Source of the DNA: Octopus vulgaris
Lineage: Eukaryota
Direction of reading: 5' to 3'
Length of the DNA stretch: 64,000 bases
Assembly: GCA_951406725.2 (NCBI GenBank)
Contig: OX597825.1
Span: 81,778,001-81,842,000, forward strand
The notes beneath the pieces were generated by a model, which searched no databases, had not been told where the DNA came from, and saw only the letters and a list, made by a program, of their open reading frames with translations. A program made the position numbers and the translations under genes. Below, in pieces: positions 25,841 to 39,986 of this stretch; position 1 is the first letter of the stretch, and every line of letters starts with the position of its first letter.

Positions 25841-27865
25841 CTTGAAAAAAAAGTTGAAAAAGTACAAAAAACAATAACATATGTATAGAATTTTTAGTGA
25901 CAAAACAAAGTTTTAAATCATGTAGAAATAAAAGTGTAACGATGCCCTGTATTAATTGGTTGTTGGTTAAATGAATGAGGCCTAATTAGCTAGAAATCAA
26001 GAGAAAAAAAACAATAAAATAGCCACAAAAAAATATTATTAGCAAAAGAAGACGCAAAGTAAAATAAAAGAAATAAAAAATTCTGGTGCCATCAAATGGT
26101 AAAGAAATCCTGCAATGTCTTATCTGTGGCTTACAAGATCCGATCCTGTTACAGCATGTATAGATTATAGACTAGGCCATTGCTATTTCCTTCAATTGAG
26201 TTCTTTGTATTTAAATCTTATTTTTGCTGCTAATTTGAGCTTTTCTTGCTTCCTTGCCCCAGTTTTTTTTAATATAAAATGAATACAGGGGTCAAAAAAT
26301 TGACAAGCTGACACCGAATTAGCTTCACTGATTGACAGGTGACGGTCATTTAGAGAATACGTGGGCTAAGACTACGCGCCTTCATTGGTCAGTTAAAGTT
26401 GAGACAGTGTCACGTGACAACTTGCTGGGGCTGCCTGCTGGAGCCTAGCAGCAGGTATTTAAAGGGAAAAAATTTGACAAGACAGTCAGTCGCCCACTGA
26501 CACTCGTTGACGCTACATCGAAGAGGCCAGGGAACAGAAGAAAGGAGCAAGAAGACATGCACACAACACCGGAGCTGAAGACACCTCCGAAAATGGGGGA
26601 GCCCACCATGTCAACACAGTAGAGTAGTAGGGGCCAAAATCAGACGTGGTTCCTCCTGATGATGTCTTGAGCTAACTGGATCCTATAAAGGAGCTGTTGT
26701 GGTAGCAGACCACGAAACATGGTTGAAATTTCTCAGGGGGTGATTTGTTTGACTAAACTTTTTAGAGCGGTGCCCCAGCACAGCCACAGTCCAATGACTG
26801 AAACAAGCAGAAATTAACAATATAACTATTAATTAATTAATTAGAGATGTGACAGAGTATGATACTAGCAACAGTAGCCAAGTCATGGTTCCAGGGTTAT
26901 CTGTCGTAAATAACAAAGGGAGAGAAATCCTATAAAATCAGAGAAATTCCTCTTTGGGAATCTTGACGAACCTAAAGAGACAGAGACATGTTTAATATCG
27001 GCAACTTTTTAAGTTGTTAAACCAGTCCAGATCTGGCCTCTCACACCTACTCTACAATGTCACTCCAAAAATATACAATCACATCATAGAAATCTCAAAG
27101 CTACGAGATAATGAATGGTTAATTCAAAACAATTTGGATAAGTTCAGACAAAATGCTGCTGAGTAATTCACTCGGCATGCTAACAACTCTGCCAGCTCGC
27201 TGCCTTAAAAATAATAATAACACTTTCTGCTATAGGCACAAGGCCTGGAACTGCAGGGGAGGGGACGAGTTGAATATATCGACCCCCAGTGTTTCACTGG
27301 TACTTAATTTATCAACCCCGGAAGGATGAAAGGTAAAGTCGACCTTGGCGGAATTTGAACCCAGAACGTAGTGATGGGCAAAATACCACAAAGCTTTCTG
27401 TCCAGCATGCTGACGGTTCTGCCAGATTGCAATAATACCTTAACCAGTTGAGCATGTCCCTTAGTGGCTGACGATATGTGTATCTCTGATCACGAGCAGA
27501 AGTAGTGGGGGAGCATCATAGCCATGTGTTGAGAGGGATTCTTTGGGGTTTGAGTAATTCACCTCTGGAAACATGGGTGGTTCTTTCAACATCCTTAAAC
27601 AATCCTTATTCAGGGACCTTTTGAGCGGGATGGGCTACTCAACCTGAAGAAAATTCTAACTAGGCCTCACCTACAAGGTCATGTGCTGTTTATCTTGATA
27701 TGAGATCACCATGTCGCGCACATATGGTTGTGATGCATGTGCCTGGTGTACCCTTATCAGACAGGTAGTCATGATGGGTATATTGGGCTTCGTATATTTT
27801 ACCCCAGTGTCACTTCGATGGCATGCACTGCTCTCTCACTCAATAATAATAATAATAATAATTAT

Positions 27866-27909
<44 letters not shown>

Positions 27910-27919
27910 TAATAATAAT

Positions 27920-27996
<77 letters not shown>

Positions 27997-29332
27997 TAAT
28001 AATAATAATGATGATGACGATGATAATAATATGAACAACAACTAACGAATATATTTCATTTGAAAGCAATTAAGTATTAAATTTGGTGGAGCAACAGACA
28101 CAAAACATAAAAAACAAACAAAAACCATTCTGAACAGGTGTATAAGACTTTGAAACCAACCGAATACACAATTTTAGTCATGCAAAATAATAATAATAAC
28201 AATAACAACAATAAAAATATGTAACAAAAACAAAAAAACAAGGTTGCCAACTGAAACCAATCGTCCCTGTATTGAGTTCTACTTTTATACAGTCTTTATT
28301 CTGGCTGAGAAAAAAAAAATGTTAAAATTTTTGTTATTTAAAAATAATAATTAAAAAAATAATAAAACAAATAAAAATGCCCAGTTAAAAAGAAGCAAAC
28401 CTGAAGAAAGAAAATTTTTTATTTCATTTATTTGTTTATTTATTCATTTTGTTATTTTATTTGTAAGTGGAGGGTGGTGGTGGTGGTGGTTAGGGTGGCG
28501 GTGGCCCTGGGTGAGCTGAAATTGTTCTCGTTTTGGGGGAAGGAAAATGTAAAAAGGTAGAGAAAAGACATTCGTAAAAAAAAAATAATAGCATTAAGTT
28601 GCTTGGTCCCCAACCACATGGTTCCGGGTTCATTCCCACTGCTTGGCACCTTGGGAAAGTGTCTTCTACTATAGCCTCGGGCCAACCAAAGTCTTGTGAG
28701 TGGATTTTGGTAGACAGAAACTGAAAGAAGCCCATCAGATTTTCTAAGTCCTGTAAAAGAACTCCGAAGGTTGGGCCTCCAACCAGATCTTTCAAGACAC
28801 CCTTAAAACCAAGAACTCAGCACCCTCTTGTATATAGTATCCTTGGGTAGATTTTCTACCTGGCCAGCTCCTGTCAACCATCCTACCCTTGCATACATGG
28901 AAGATGGACATTAAACAATGATGATGATGATGATGATGATATATATATGTGGAGGCACAAAGGCCCAGTGGTCAGAGCAGTGGACCCGTGGTCATAGGAC
29001 CACGGTTTCGATTCCCAGACCAGGTGTCGTGGGTGTTTATTGAGTGGAAACACCTAAAGCTCCATGTGACTCCGGCAGGGCATGGTGGTGAGCCCTGTTG
29101 TAGTCTTTCACCATGACTTTCTCTCACTTTTTCTCCCTGTTTCTGTTGTACCTTTATTTCAAGGGGTCAGCCTTGTCACACTCTGTGTCACACTGAATCT
29201 CCTCCGAGAACTACGTTAAGGGTACACGTGTCTGTGGAGTGCTCAGCCACTTGCACATTAATTTCACGAGCAGGCTGTTCTGTTGACTGGATCAACTGGA
29301 ACCCTCGTTGTCATAACTGACAGAATGCCACG

Positions 29333-29374
<42 letters not shown>

Positions 29375-29702
29375 TCATTCATATCTTTTATCTTTTACTC
29401 GTTTCAGTCAATTTTTTTCCGTAGGAAATTCAAGAGAAGACAGGGATGTGCACAGAGCCAAAGCTAGACAGCATCCGATGCTCTGCCGCTTATACTACCA
29501 GCTTGACACCAACCATTGTCACCAGCATGTGTGTGTTCATTATGCAAGACACCGTTCCTCATCTGAGAAGTTTTATGTTCGCAAAGTTGTTCAACACCCA
29601 ATTCATTAGTGAAGTGAGGCATTCATAAAACCCAAATTACACAGAATATACATTCATGTGTGTGTTTGTATATATGTATGTATATGTCTGTATATATTTA
29701 TG

Positions 29703-29741
<39 letters not shown>

Positions 29742-30626
29742 ACATCTATATGATGTATATGTGTCACACCAACATATGTATTATGCCCTGTGTGTGTATT
29801 TTAGATTCTAGGACAATGTGTTAAGTACATTATTTACATTTGACGGATATTTGTCCTCGTCTTGTTTGTTGTTAACACAACATTTCAGCTGATTTACCCT
29901 CCAGCCTTCATCAGGTTTCTTCGGGAAAATTTCAAACCTGGGTTCTCATTCCTAAGGTATTTTTCGACGTTATTATAATTATTATTATTATTATTATTGA
30001 GTGAGAGAGCAGTGCATGCCATCAAAGTGACACTGGTGTAAAGTATACGAAGCCCATTATACCCATCATGACTACCCATCTAAGGGTACCCCAAGCACAT
30101 GCATCACAACCACATGTGCACGACATGGTGATCTCATATCAAGATGAACAGCACATGACCTTGCAGGTGGGGCCCAGTTTGAATTTTCTTCTGGTCGAGG
30201 AACCCATCCCGCTCAAAAGGTCCCTGAATAAAGGTTGTTTAAGGATGTTCAATGAAACACTCATGTTTCCAGAGGTGAATTATTCAAACCCCAAAGAATC
30301 CCTTTCAACACATGACTATGATGCTCCTCCACTACTTCTGCTCATGATCAGAAGTGATCGTCAACCACTAAGGGACATGCTCAACTGGTTACGGTCAAAC
30401 AACTGACAAGCAAATCTGTGGCGTTGAGCAGAATATTTGCTGTAGCCCATCTTTTATATCAAGACAAAACAACGTACATGATAACACTTCCAATCAGTGA
30501 AGATCAGAAGCCATGAAAGCCACTGCCTTGTACTGCATCAGGGCATTTTATTATTATTATTATTACTATTATTATTATTATTCAGGTCACTGCCTGGAAT
30601 CGAACCCAGGTTCGAAATTTCCCCAA

Positions 30627-30674
30627 GACACCTGATGAAGGGTGGAGGGTATATATCAGCCGAAACGTTGTGTT
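30627..30674 (+). ncRNA. Minimal hammerhead motif, second repeat family
   Basis: GACAC-CTGATGA-A-GGGTG...CAGCC-GAAA-CGT-T-GTGTT, stem III palindrome ACGT; minus-strand copies at 19380-19425 and 29874-29918. Confidence 0.65.
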
Positions 30675-31092
30675 AGCAACAAACAAGATGAGGACAAATA
30701 TCTGTCAAATGTAAATAATGTAAATAATGTGCATAATTCCTCGTCTCTTAATTATGGAACTGAAAAGAATGCGTTCCGTATTTTTCTAATATCCAAGGCA
30801 AAGAACTTACCAAACCAAAAGTCCTCAGGCAAATTTTCTGGTTAATGGAATGATTCCAGTGGATTAAAAGATAGAAAGAAACATTCAAACAGAGTTGAAG
30901 AACAAGGTTTAGTGTGGAATTTAGTAAAAGAATTAAAAAAGAAGAACAACATCAACATTGTCATCAACAACAACAACAACAACAAGAAATGAAAAGAAGA
31001 AGAAGAAAAGAAAAAACAAACAAACAAGAAAATCAAATCAACAACAGAGATTTTTGTGAAAGAACTGGTTAGAAAAAATAAGTATTAACAGA

Positions 31093-31163
<71 letters not shown>

Positions 31164-31191
31164 TAATAATAATGATGATAATAATAATAAG

Positions 31192-31505
31192 AAGGTATGC
31201 GATAAGAAAGGAAAGTCGAGAGATATGACAGGTTAGCTTGGGAAGTAAAGCAGTTGTGGTTGATGAAAAAGGTAGCAGTAGTAACAATAATTGTTGGAGC
31301 CCTGGGAAACAGTGAGTAAAAATCTTGAGAAGTACGTGGAACAAATAGGGGCTGGGGTAAGGGTGGAGCACTTGCAGAAAACAGCACTGCTTGGAACCGC
31401 CCAGAAGGTGCTTGAAAAATAAGAGGTTGTTACCTTAGTTCAGTGGTAATGAACAGCTAATGCTGTAGTACATCTCCAGCATTAGAAGCTGTGCAAAGGC
31501 AATGA
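31192..31505 (+). mobile_element. R4/Dong-like non-LTR retrotransposon 3' fragment in (TAA)n
   Basis: KVERYDRLAWEVKQLW..VVTIIVGALG/..HLQKTALLGTA (restriction-like endonuclease C-terminus, frameshifted); TAA arrays on both sides. Confidence 0.7.
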
Positions 31506-31513
31506 TAATGATG

Positions 31514-31575
<62 letters not shown>

Positions 31576-31831
31576 CATCATCATCGCTTAGTATCCGCTT
31601 TCCATGCTGGCATGGGTTGGACGGTGCAACTGGGGTCTGGGAAGCCAGAAGGCTGCACCAGGCCCAGTCTGATCTGGCAATGTTTCTACGGCTGGATGCC
31701 CTTCCTAACGCCAACCACTCCATGAGTGTAGTGGGTGCTTTTTATGTGCCACCGGCACAGGTGCCAGACGAGAATAATAATAATGTTTTCTACTATAGGC
31801 ACAAGGACTGAAATTTTGCGGGAGGGAACTA

Positions 31832-32365
31832 ATGGTGTCTGTTTGGTAGTCCAGCACTGGTGTCATCCACTACAGCTTCATGAGAAATGGTAAGTCAATT
31901 ACAGCAGAGATATACATCAACCAATTGGATAAAATGATGAGTGAACTTGCAATTAAACAACTGAGATTGGTCACTAGAAACAGGCCGGTTCTCTTGCAAG
32001 ACAATGCTAACCACAAGTTGCACAAAGAACGCTACTCAAGTTACCAGATCTGAACTTGGAAGAACTCTGTCATCCACCATATTCACCAGACCTTCCACCA
32101 ACTGACTATCACATTTTCCAGGCATTAGACAACTTTTTGCAAGGGAAAAACTTCAAATCTGAAGAAGATGCAAAAACAGCCTTTCCTGATTCCATCACCT
32201 CTTGCTCACCAGATTCTTCGCTGCCGGCATAAGTAAGCTACCGATAAAATGGCAAAAACTGTGTTGATAATTTAGGTGCATATTTTGATTAACTGCATTG
32301 CTTTTTGTTGAGATAAAATAAAATAAACTTTCAGTTCAAAATCAGACATTGCATTCTTAATGACA
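31832..32365 (+). mobile_element. Mariner transposase pseudogene, 3' half
   Basis: MVSVW*SSTGVIHYSF...LLQDNA...HPPYSPDLPPTDYHIFQALDNFLQGK (YSPDLAP motif) with stops and frameshifts. Confidence 0.85.
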
Positions 32366-34056
32366 TGATGATGATGATGATGATGATGATGATAATAAAC
32401 AAGTAAATATAGCAAGCCAAGCTGAAGCAGGTTTTGTTAGCACTAATTACCATAAACACCTGTAATATGTCAACACCATCTACTCCAATCAAAGTACTGT
32501 CTGTGACAAGCACTCCTGACCACCGTCCAAGAACTTGGACCTGGAGATCTCCATTTCCAGTGACTTCAAGGGCCACCTCCAAGTGGTGTCAGGCGTCAAT
32601 GAAGAGCGCTCGACTACAACAAGACAACCAAAGTTTTTTTCTAGGTCTGGGATCTCCCGCCCCTAAGCCCTAGACCATCACCTAATCACTCTTACCCGTC
32701 TTGCTGCTTAACAACAACAACAACACTCCTGACCTGATGAGGCAGCCTCTATGCTGTTACTCAATCTGCAAGAAATAGCAGCCAATCTCCCTCAAATTCT
32801 GTCCCTCACTTTGTCTTTTAAAAGAAAGGACACACTCGACAGGGTTGTCTTAACTCCTTAGCATTTAAACCAGCCATCATATCTGGCCTAAATATTCTAG
32901 CAGTTTTATGTTCAGACTGACCACATTTGACCTCTTACACCTACCCTACAATGTCACTCTAAAAATATACACTCACATCGTCAATATAGCCTGATTAATT
33001 GAAAACAATGTGAGAAAACAAGCTTTACATTTGACAGAGTAATCTGAACGCTAAAGGGTTAGATATACAAAAAGATGGATCTGGTCATGGTTGGGATGCC
33101 TATGATTACAGGTCTGCTCAATTATGGTTGGCCTGGGGCTAAACAACAACTAAAGCCCTCACTTGTGTTGGATACTTCATCTATTCTTCAGTTTTAACCC
33201 CATCACTTGGTCATCTGAGTAGCTTTAATGGAATTCACTTAGTTGCAAACATTCAAACCAGGTTTCCCATTTAGGGATACCTTCTTCCCTCCATCATATC
33301 TGTCACAGAGGCCCTGTTAAGGAGTCATGGGCACTGATCCCCTCTTGGCTAAAAAAAACTAACCCTTTAATATTCTTTCCAATATCAGTATATTTTCATG
33401 TACAGAATAAAACAAATCACCATCCAAGTCTACCTTGCCTACATCCACCTCAAGTCTGACACCCAACATTTTACAACCATCTTACCCTAGGGATACTTTT
33501 CAATTACAGTCCATGTTTCAGGGAAGCCCTACATTGAAATTATCTTCATTAATAATTCTCTTTCTCTTTCATAAAGATGGATTCCAAAAGAGACAGAGCA
33601 AATCATAAGAACTGTCTTTCTTTTAACAAAAGACGTATTTTACACAAACACTGAAATTATATAACAGTTTAATTGCCATAATGATTGTTTGCTAACATAG
33701 CATGGCAGCACTGGTTTAGGACGAATGTTGCTGTAATTTGACCCCAGGAGACAGTTTAAACATACAAAAAAAAAGTTTAGGAAGTGAAAAAAAAAACAGA
33801 ATAAAACAGATCTTTCCGATAAGGGTGAAAGAAACCAAAAATGTAAAAATCAAAATCAAAAACAAAGATAGATAAATAAAAAAAAATCCAAGAAGAAAAG
33901 CTGGAGAAAAGCCATATTTAAATACATCATAAATGACTGAAGGGAGTCTGTGAACAATGAGACAGAACAATTTGAAGATGAAAGATGCTTCTTTCAGTTT
34001 CTATCCACCAAACCCATTCAGGTAGACATAGATGCATGTGTATATATGTGTGTATA

Positions 34057-34604
34057 TGAGGTCTGATGAAAAAGTTACAGGACTGGTGCTACGAAAAGAA
34101 AACTATAACATTTAATCTCCTTCGAAATTGTCCCTTTTTGAAATCACACGCTTTCTTCAGTGTCGTTTCCATTGATGGAAGCATTCCCGAAACTCCCTTT
34201 TTGGGGGCTGGTCAACAGCAACCTCATTGCATTTCCTCGGATTTTCTCAACATCTTGAGGAAATGTTGTAAGGGTCACCCACTGTGAAGACTGAGCCTTG
34301 GTTTTGGCATCATAGCCATAGAACCATGAGTCATTACTTGTTATGACCGTCTTCAAAATGTTTTCATTTTCCCTGACCAAGGAGACCCTGCACAGCCAAA
34401 ACCTGACCTTCTTTCCGAGATGACTTCCACTCTACACACTTCACTTCCAATCACTGCTACAAACAACAGAAGTGAGCGAGAACGTTATAACTTAGTGTGC
34501 CTGTGTGACAGAGTTCAAGGTCAGTCTGTGCCAAACAGTTTCATTCTACATACTCTAGCTACGTTACTATAGCAACAGTTCTGATACTTTTTAATCAGAC
34601 CTCA
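34057..34604 (-). mobile_element. Internally deleted mariner
   Basis: TA-flanked TIRs tgaggtctgatgaaaaag / ctttttaatcagacctca; VITSNDSWFYGYD corresponds to the mariner TGDEKW-region motif. Confidence 0.8.
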
Positions 34605-36559
34605 TATGTATGTATGTATATGTATATATTTCATTGGATGTCATCAGGTATCTTATCCCTGGATGGCTGTATACATTCATTGAACCAGATTGGATATGAA
34701 CTTAAAAACTATATTTCTCATGTTAGTTTCTTATCTATCGACAAGTAACGTGTACCTAATGGCCTGCTGAGTTAAAATACATTATAAAATTACTGTTTCA
34801 TTAGCAGTGTTTCATTTCAATGCTGCCCTATACTCCAGAATACCACAAAATATACCAATAGATTTTAACCATCAGTGTATGTAATACATGTGAAAAATAT
34901 CTTGTCTCTTAATAAACAATAATATTTAGAGACAGGAAAAGGACCAGGTTTTTGGATTTCATTGGCTACTGAGTACCCTCTCTGACTATCCACAGAGACA
35001 CCTCTTATAAACCCATTTTTGATAAAAGTTTTAAATAAATTATATTTCGTTTTTGCATTTGGTTTGCAAGATTCTTTATATGAGTTCGTGTGTTGAAGCA
35101 TATTCTGTTGTGTCTGGGGAGAGTCATTTTCTGTTTGTGCCTTATAATGTAACACACTCACCGGTAAAATTTCCACTTTTTTCTTATTTTTACTTTCCTA
35201 AAATTTTCGTTGCGTCTTACAACCTTTTCAATAGTTTTGACTTTTAAATAAATTAGATAGACTGATTTGAATATACTTTACATACTTGACAGGTAGTTTA
35301 ATTACTAACTTGTTGGTTCATTAACAGTGTTTAGTTCTAATGCTGATATTGCACTATAGAATGCACACATAAAAATTTTTAGCCAACATTTTATGTATAT
35401 ATATATATATATATAGACAAATATCAACACTTTGTCTTTATATTGCACCAGTTGTCAAGAATGTATTATATATGACTATTACTTATGTTAAAAGCACATC
35501 TGAGTGTGATTGTTGCCACGGCCACAGATCGGCTCCCATGCCGGTGGCACATGAAAAGCACCATTTGAACGTGATCGTTGCCAGGGTTGCCCTACTGGTA
35601 CATGAAAAACAAAATTCGAGCGTGGTCGTTGCCAGTGCTGCCGGACTGGCACCTGTGTAGGTAGCACGTAAAAAACACCTTTTGAGCGTGGTCGTTACCT
35701 GACTGGCCCTTGTGGCGGTGTCATGTAAAAGCACCCACTACACTCTTGGAGTGGTTGGCATTAGGAAGGGCATCCAGCCATAGAAACTTTGCCAGATCAG
35801 ATGCAGCCTCTGGCTCACCGGTCCCCAGTCAAACCATCCAACCCATGCCAGCATATAAAGCAGATGTTAAACGATGATGATGATGATTACTTCAGCAATT
35901 AGCAATAATGAGTTTCCAAGCAGTCTCTATAAACAGTGTAAAAAATGCTCAGTTGTTGATGAAATCCTAAAATAGGATTGAAACCAGTTCAGCCAAGACA
36001 CAGCATCATCACCCTCATTGTTTAACATCTGTTTTCCATGCTAGCATGGGCTGGACAGTTCGACTGGGATCTGGGAAGCCAGGAGGCTGCACCAGGCCCC
36101 AATCTGATCTGGCAAGGTTTCTACAGTTGGATGCCATTCCTAGTGCCAACCACTCCAAAAGTGTAATGGGTGCTTTTTACGTGCCACCAGCAGAGGGGCC
36201 AGAGGGGGCTGGCAATGACCACGATTGGTTGGTGCTTTTCATGTCCAGCTGGCACAGAACCCAGTCAAGGTGGCACTGGTATCGACCATGTTCAGATGGT
36301 GCTTTTTATGTGCCATCAGCACGGGGATCACAACTACTATTTCCATTTGATTTTGGTTTTGATGTATTTGACTCAATAGGTCTCCTCAAGCACATCAGAT
36401 CGCCCTACAATCCAAGGTACTTTTGAGTGGGCTGGTTATGCAACACTGGTGTAGGTTACAGCTGTGAACTCACTTTATTTACCAGGTCACTATATATACA
36501 GTTTAGGTTAAAAATCTATAGATATATTCTGTAGTATAAATACAGCATAAGAACATTAT

Positions 36560-36925
36560 TATCCTTAGAAAATTACTGTTTTTAAATCTCACAACGTGAG
36601 ATATTTAGCAACCCTTCTTTGGAGTAAAGATTGTTTGCCAACATAACATGGCAGTCCTGGTTTAGGACGAATGTTGCTGTAATTTAGCCCCAGGAGACAT
36701 TGTCTCCAGCTGGCTATACAACATGATCTGTGTCCCTATATTTTTGAACATGGGAATTTAGCATCCCCACTCAGCTCAAAATAATATCTGTGTATCGTGA
36801 TTTCTGGGTTATTTTCCTTCAGATCATGTCGTATAGCCAGCTGGAGACGATGTCTCCTGGGGCTAAATTACAGCAACATTCGTCCTAAACCAGGACTGCC
36901 ATGTTATGTTAGCAAACAATCTTTA
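36560..36925. mobile_element. Same family with internal inversion (about 100-bp inverted arms)
   Basis: 36626-36730 is the reverse complement of 36820-36925 with few mismatches. Confidence 0.7.
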
Positions 36926-37474
36926 TTGCATTATTATTCTTAGATTAAACATAGTGGTTCCTTGTTCGAATCCTGTCTGGTACAATGTACACACATTTGG
37001 AACAAGACACCTGATGGTGATAATTACATTGAGCAGGTGCAAATATTGAAGGATCTTTCATCTGAAAAACCAGGTGAATAATCTGAAACATCAACTTCTT
37101 AAAACTGAAGTAAAATAAAAGCAAATTAGCATGAATAAAGCAATGTTCGCTCAGCAAATATTATATAAACAAATTTTTACTTCCTGCACATCTGGTATCT
37201 TACTGTCAGTCACTTTAGGAGAGAGTATCAGATTATTACAACATTATAATCATAACATGGTGTTCAACTGTTACCGATTGAGAGCAATGAAGAGGAGGGG
37301 GGGAAATTATCAGGGTTTTATGCTTATTCAATACATCTTACAAGTATTTCACTAACAACAATAACTGTTATATAATGAATTTCTCATAAACAGATCATAT
37401 CATCAAATCATCAGAGGCTGCATAATATAAATAACTTTTAAGTTACTAAAAGAGATTGGACAGCATTTGTTGAT

Positions 37475-38220
37475 ACATCATCATCATTATCATTTAACGT
37501 CCGCTTTCCATATTGCCATGGGTTGGACAGTTTGACTAAGCACTGGTGAGCCAGATGGCTGCAACAGGCTGAATGCGATCTGGCAAAGTTTCTACAGCTG
37601 GATGCTCTTCCTAATGTCAACCACTCCAAGAGTGTAGTGGGTGCTTTTACGTGACACTTGCCATGAGGGCGGTTCTGGCAATGACCATGCTCAAAAGGTG
37701 TTTGTTACATGCTACCTGCATGGGAGCCAGTCCAGCAGCACTGGCAACGACTATTCTCAAATGTTGTTTTTCACATGTCACTGGCACATGCGCTGGTAAG
37801 GCGATGCTGGCAACTATCATGCTCGAATGGTGCTTTTTACATGCCACCGGTACAGGAGCCAATCTGTGGCCCTGGCAACAATCAAGCTCAGATGTGCTAT
37901 TAACATTCCACTGGCATGAATGATTTTGGTTTTGATTTTACTTGCCTCAACAGGTCTTCACAAGCAGAGTTTAGTGTCCAATGAAGGAAAGGTTCATAAG
38001 TGGGCTGGTTACACCCACTGGCATAGGCCACAGGCTATGGTCTCACTTGGTTTGTCGGGTCTTCTCAAGCATAGCATATCTCCAAAGGTCTGTCACTAGT
38101 CATTGCTTCAGTAAGGACCAATGTTTGAAGGTCATGCTTCAACACCTCATCCCAGGTCTTCCTGGGTCTACCCCTTCCACAGGTTCCCTCAACTGCTAGG
38201 GTGTGGCATTTTTCACACAG
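37475..38220 (-). mobile_element. RTE LINE 3' end: ORF tail, subrepeated 3' UTR and (GAT)n tail
   Basis: VEGTCGRGRPRKTWDEVLKHDLQTLVLTEAMTSDR followed by the UTR shared with more than 15 shorter copies (e.g. 15664-15942, 19479-19725, 23078-23370, 31576-31772, 35497-35890, 42463-42740, 44248-44580, 45830-46345, 53900-54100, 56207-56500, 59992-60185, 61232-61455). Confidence 0.8.
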
Positions 38221-39761
38221 CAAAGCAATGTAACACAGTCCAATATCCATTATATAACTTTAATTTAAATTTATTGTGCAACCTGACAATATTACGATAT
38301 AATGTGTTTATGAGGTGTTTGCTTATATAACAAATATTGTTAATGGAATATGTGTAAGATATATTGAATGAATGTAAAAACTTATCTCCATACTTGGGTT
38401 CAAAATTTTGGAATGAAATGCAGAAGGAGCACAGAATAATACAATTGCTTTTCGCATAGAACAGAACATGTGGAGTTCCAAACATCGGTAATATGCTTTG
38501 ACCAATAAATCACACAAATACATAGAGATGAGAACATCACTGATAGACAACTGATGTTGTGGGAAACATGCCTGGCCTTGCTTGGAAACAGGTGAGGGTT
38601 TGGTGACAGGAAGAGCATCCAGCTGTGGGAAATCTGCCTCAACAAATTCTACCTGACCTAGGCACATATGGAAACAAGGACATAGAAAGATATTAATGAT
38701 GATGCTAATGATGCTGCTGATGCTATTCCATTTCCATTTAACCTTCAAATTCTTACAAATGTTTTTTCCATGCTAACATAGGTCAGACGAGGATTTTTGA
38801 TGCAGCCTTCTACAGATGGTTGACAATAAAAGATACCGAGTGGCACTCATTCGAAATCTGTATCGATTTGTGTTTAAATATATTAGGAAATAACACCAGT
38901 ATGGGAAGATATGAGGTTTTACAAATCCAAACATAAATCCTAAAGGATAGGCATTATTTTTAATAATTAGGTCATTGGCACCTGTGCTAGTGGCACGTAA
39001 AAGACACCCACTACACTCTCGGTGTGGTTGGCATTAGGAAAGGCATCCAGCCATAGAAACTCTGCCAGATCAAGATTGGAACCTGGGGCAGCTTCCTGGC
39101 TAACCAGTTTTCAGTGAAACCGTCCAACCCATGCCAGCTTGGAAAGCAGACAGATGATGACGATGATGAACAAGATGACAGGTATGAGGCTTGAAATATT
39201 TGTCCTGTTGTAAGGATTGCTGAGACCCCCTTCAGTCATGACTGACCATGGGATTGCACCTAGTAAGTTACCCTCCCTGGCACAAATCCAGGCAAGGTTG
39301 TTTATGGAAGACCAGCAGTCGCTCATCCATACCAATCTCCCCTCTCCACGCCACCAGTGTTATCCAAGGGAAAGGCAAAGGCCAATACAGCCTGGCACCT
39401 GTGATGTCGCAACTCATTTCTACAGCTGAGGGAGCTGGAACAACGTGAAATAAAGTGTCTTGCTCAAGAACACAACACGCAGCCTGGTCTGGGATTCGAA
39501 CTCACAACCTCATGCTCGTAAGCTCAATGCTCTAACCACTGAGCCATGCCTCTTCAGAAGGCATAAGGATTATATTCAAAATAAAAGTGAATATACTCTA
39601 CATACTCTAATGTATTGAGTTCTTCCTTATCTAAGCATCATGTATGTACCCACCCACTCACAGGCACACAAACACAGGTAGAGAGAGATATACATGCACA
39701 CACATCAAGGAATTAGTAATGCAGGTGATAGATCTTTGTGAAATGACCAGTCCCAGCTTAC

Positions 39762-39811
39762 CTATGTCAGAGTTTGGTACTGAAAGCACTGTCACTGATT
39801 CAGAAGAATCT
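39762..39811 (-). CDS. CCPG1: CCPG1-like short exon (EDSSESVTVLSVPNSDI)
   Basis: T-rich tract plus TTTCAG acceptor, AG|GTAAGC donor; 50 nt, phase 2 to 1, exactly bridging the neighbouring exons. Confidence 0.75.
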
Positions 39812-39948
39812 CTGAAATTGGTAAAAGAAAAAAAAAAAAGAAATCATAATGGCACAGCAAAAGTGAAATACAAAATGCTTAAACAATAAATAAATCAATG
39901 TACACACGTGTGTATATGTATGTTTCTATGTGCATATACATGTGTGTT

Positions 39949-39981
<33 letters not shown>

Positions 39982-39986
39982 ATATA

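Noticed and set aside
26360-26388. ERSE-like CCAAT...CCACG pair
   Set aside because: Spacing is 19 nt rather than the required 9
32331-32673. Unique-looking ORFs on both strands
   Set aside because: No convincing splice sites or recognisable motif
36945-37071. Exon candidate after a TTTTTCAG acceptor
   Set aside because: Stop codon in the required phase-1 frame
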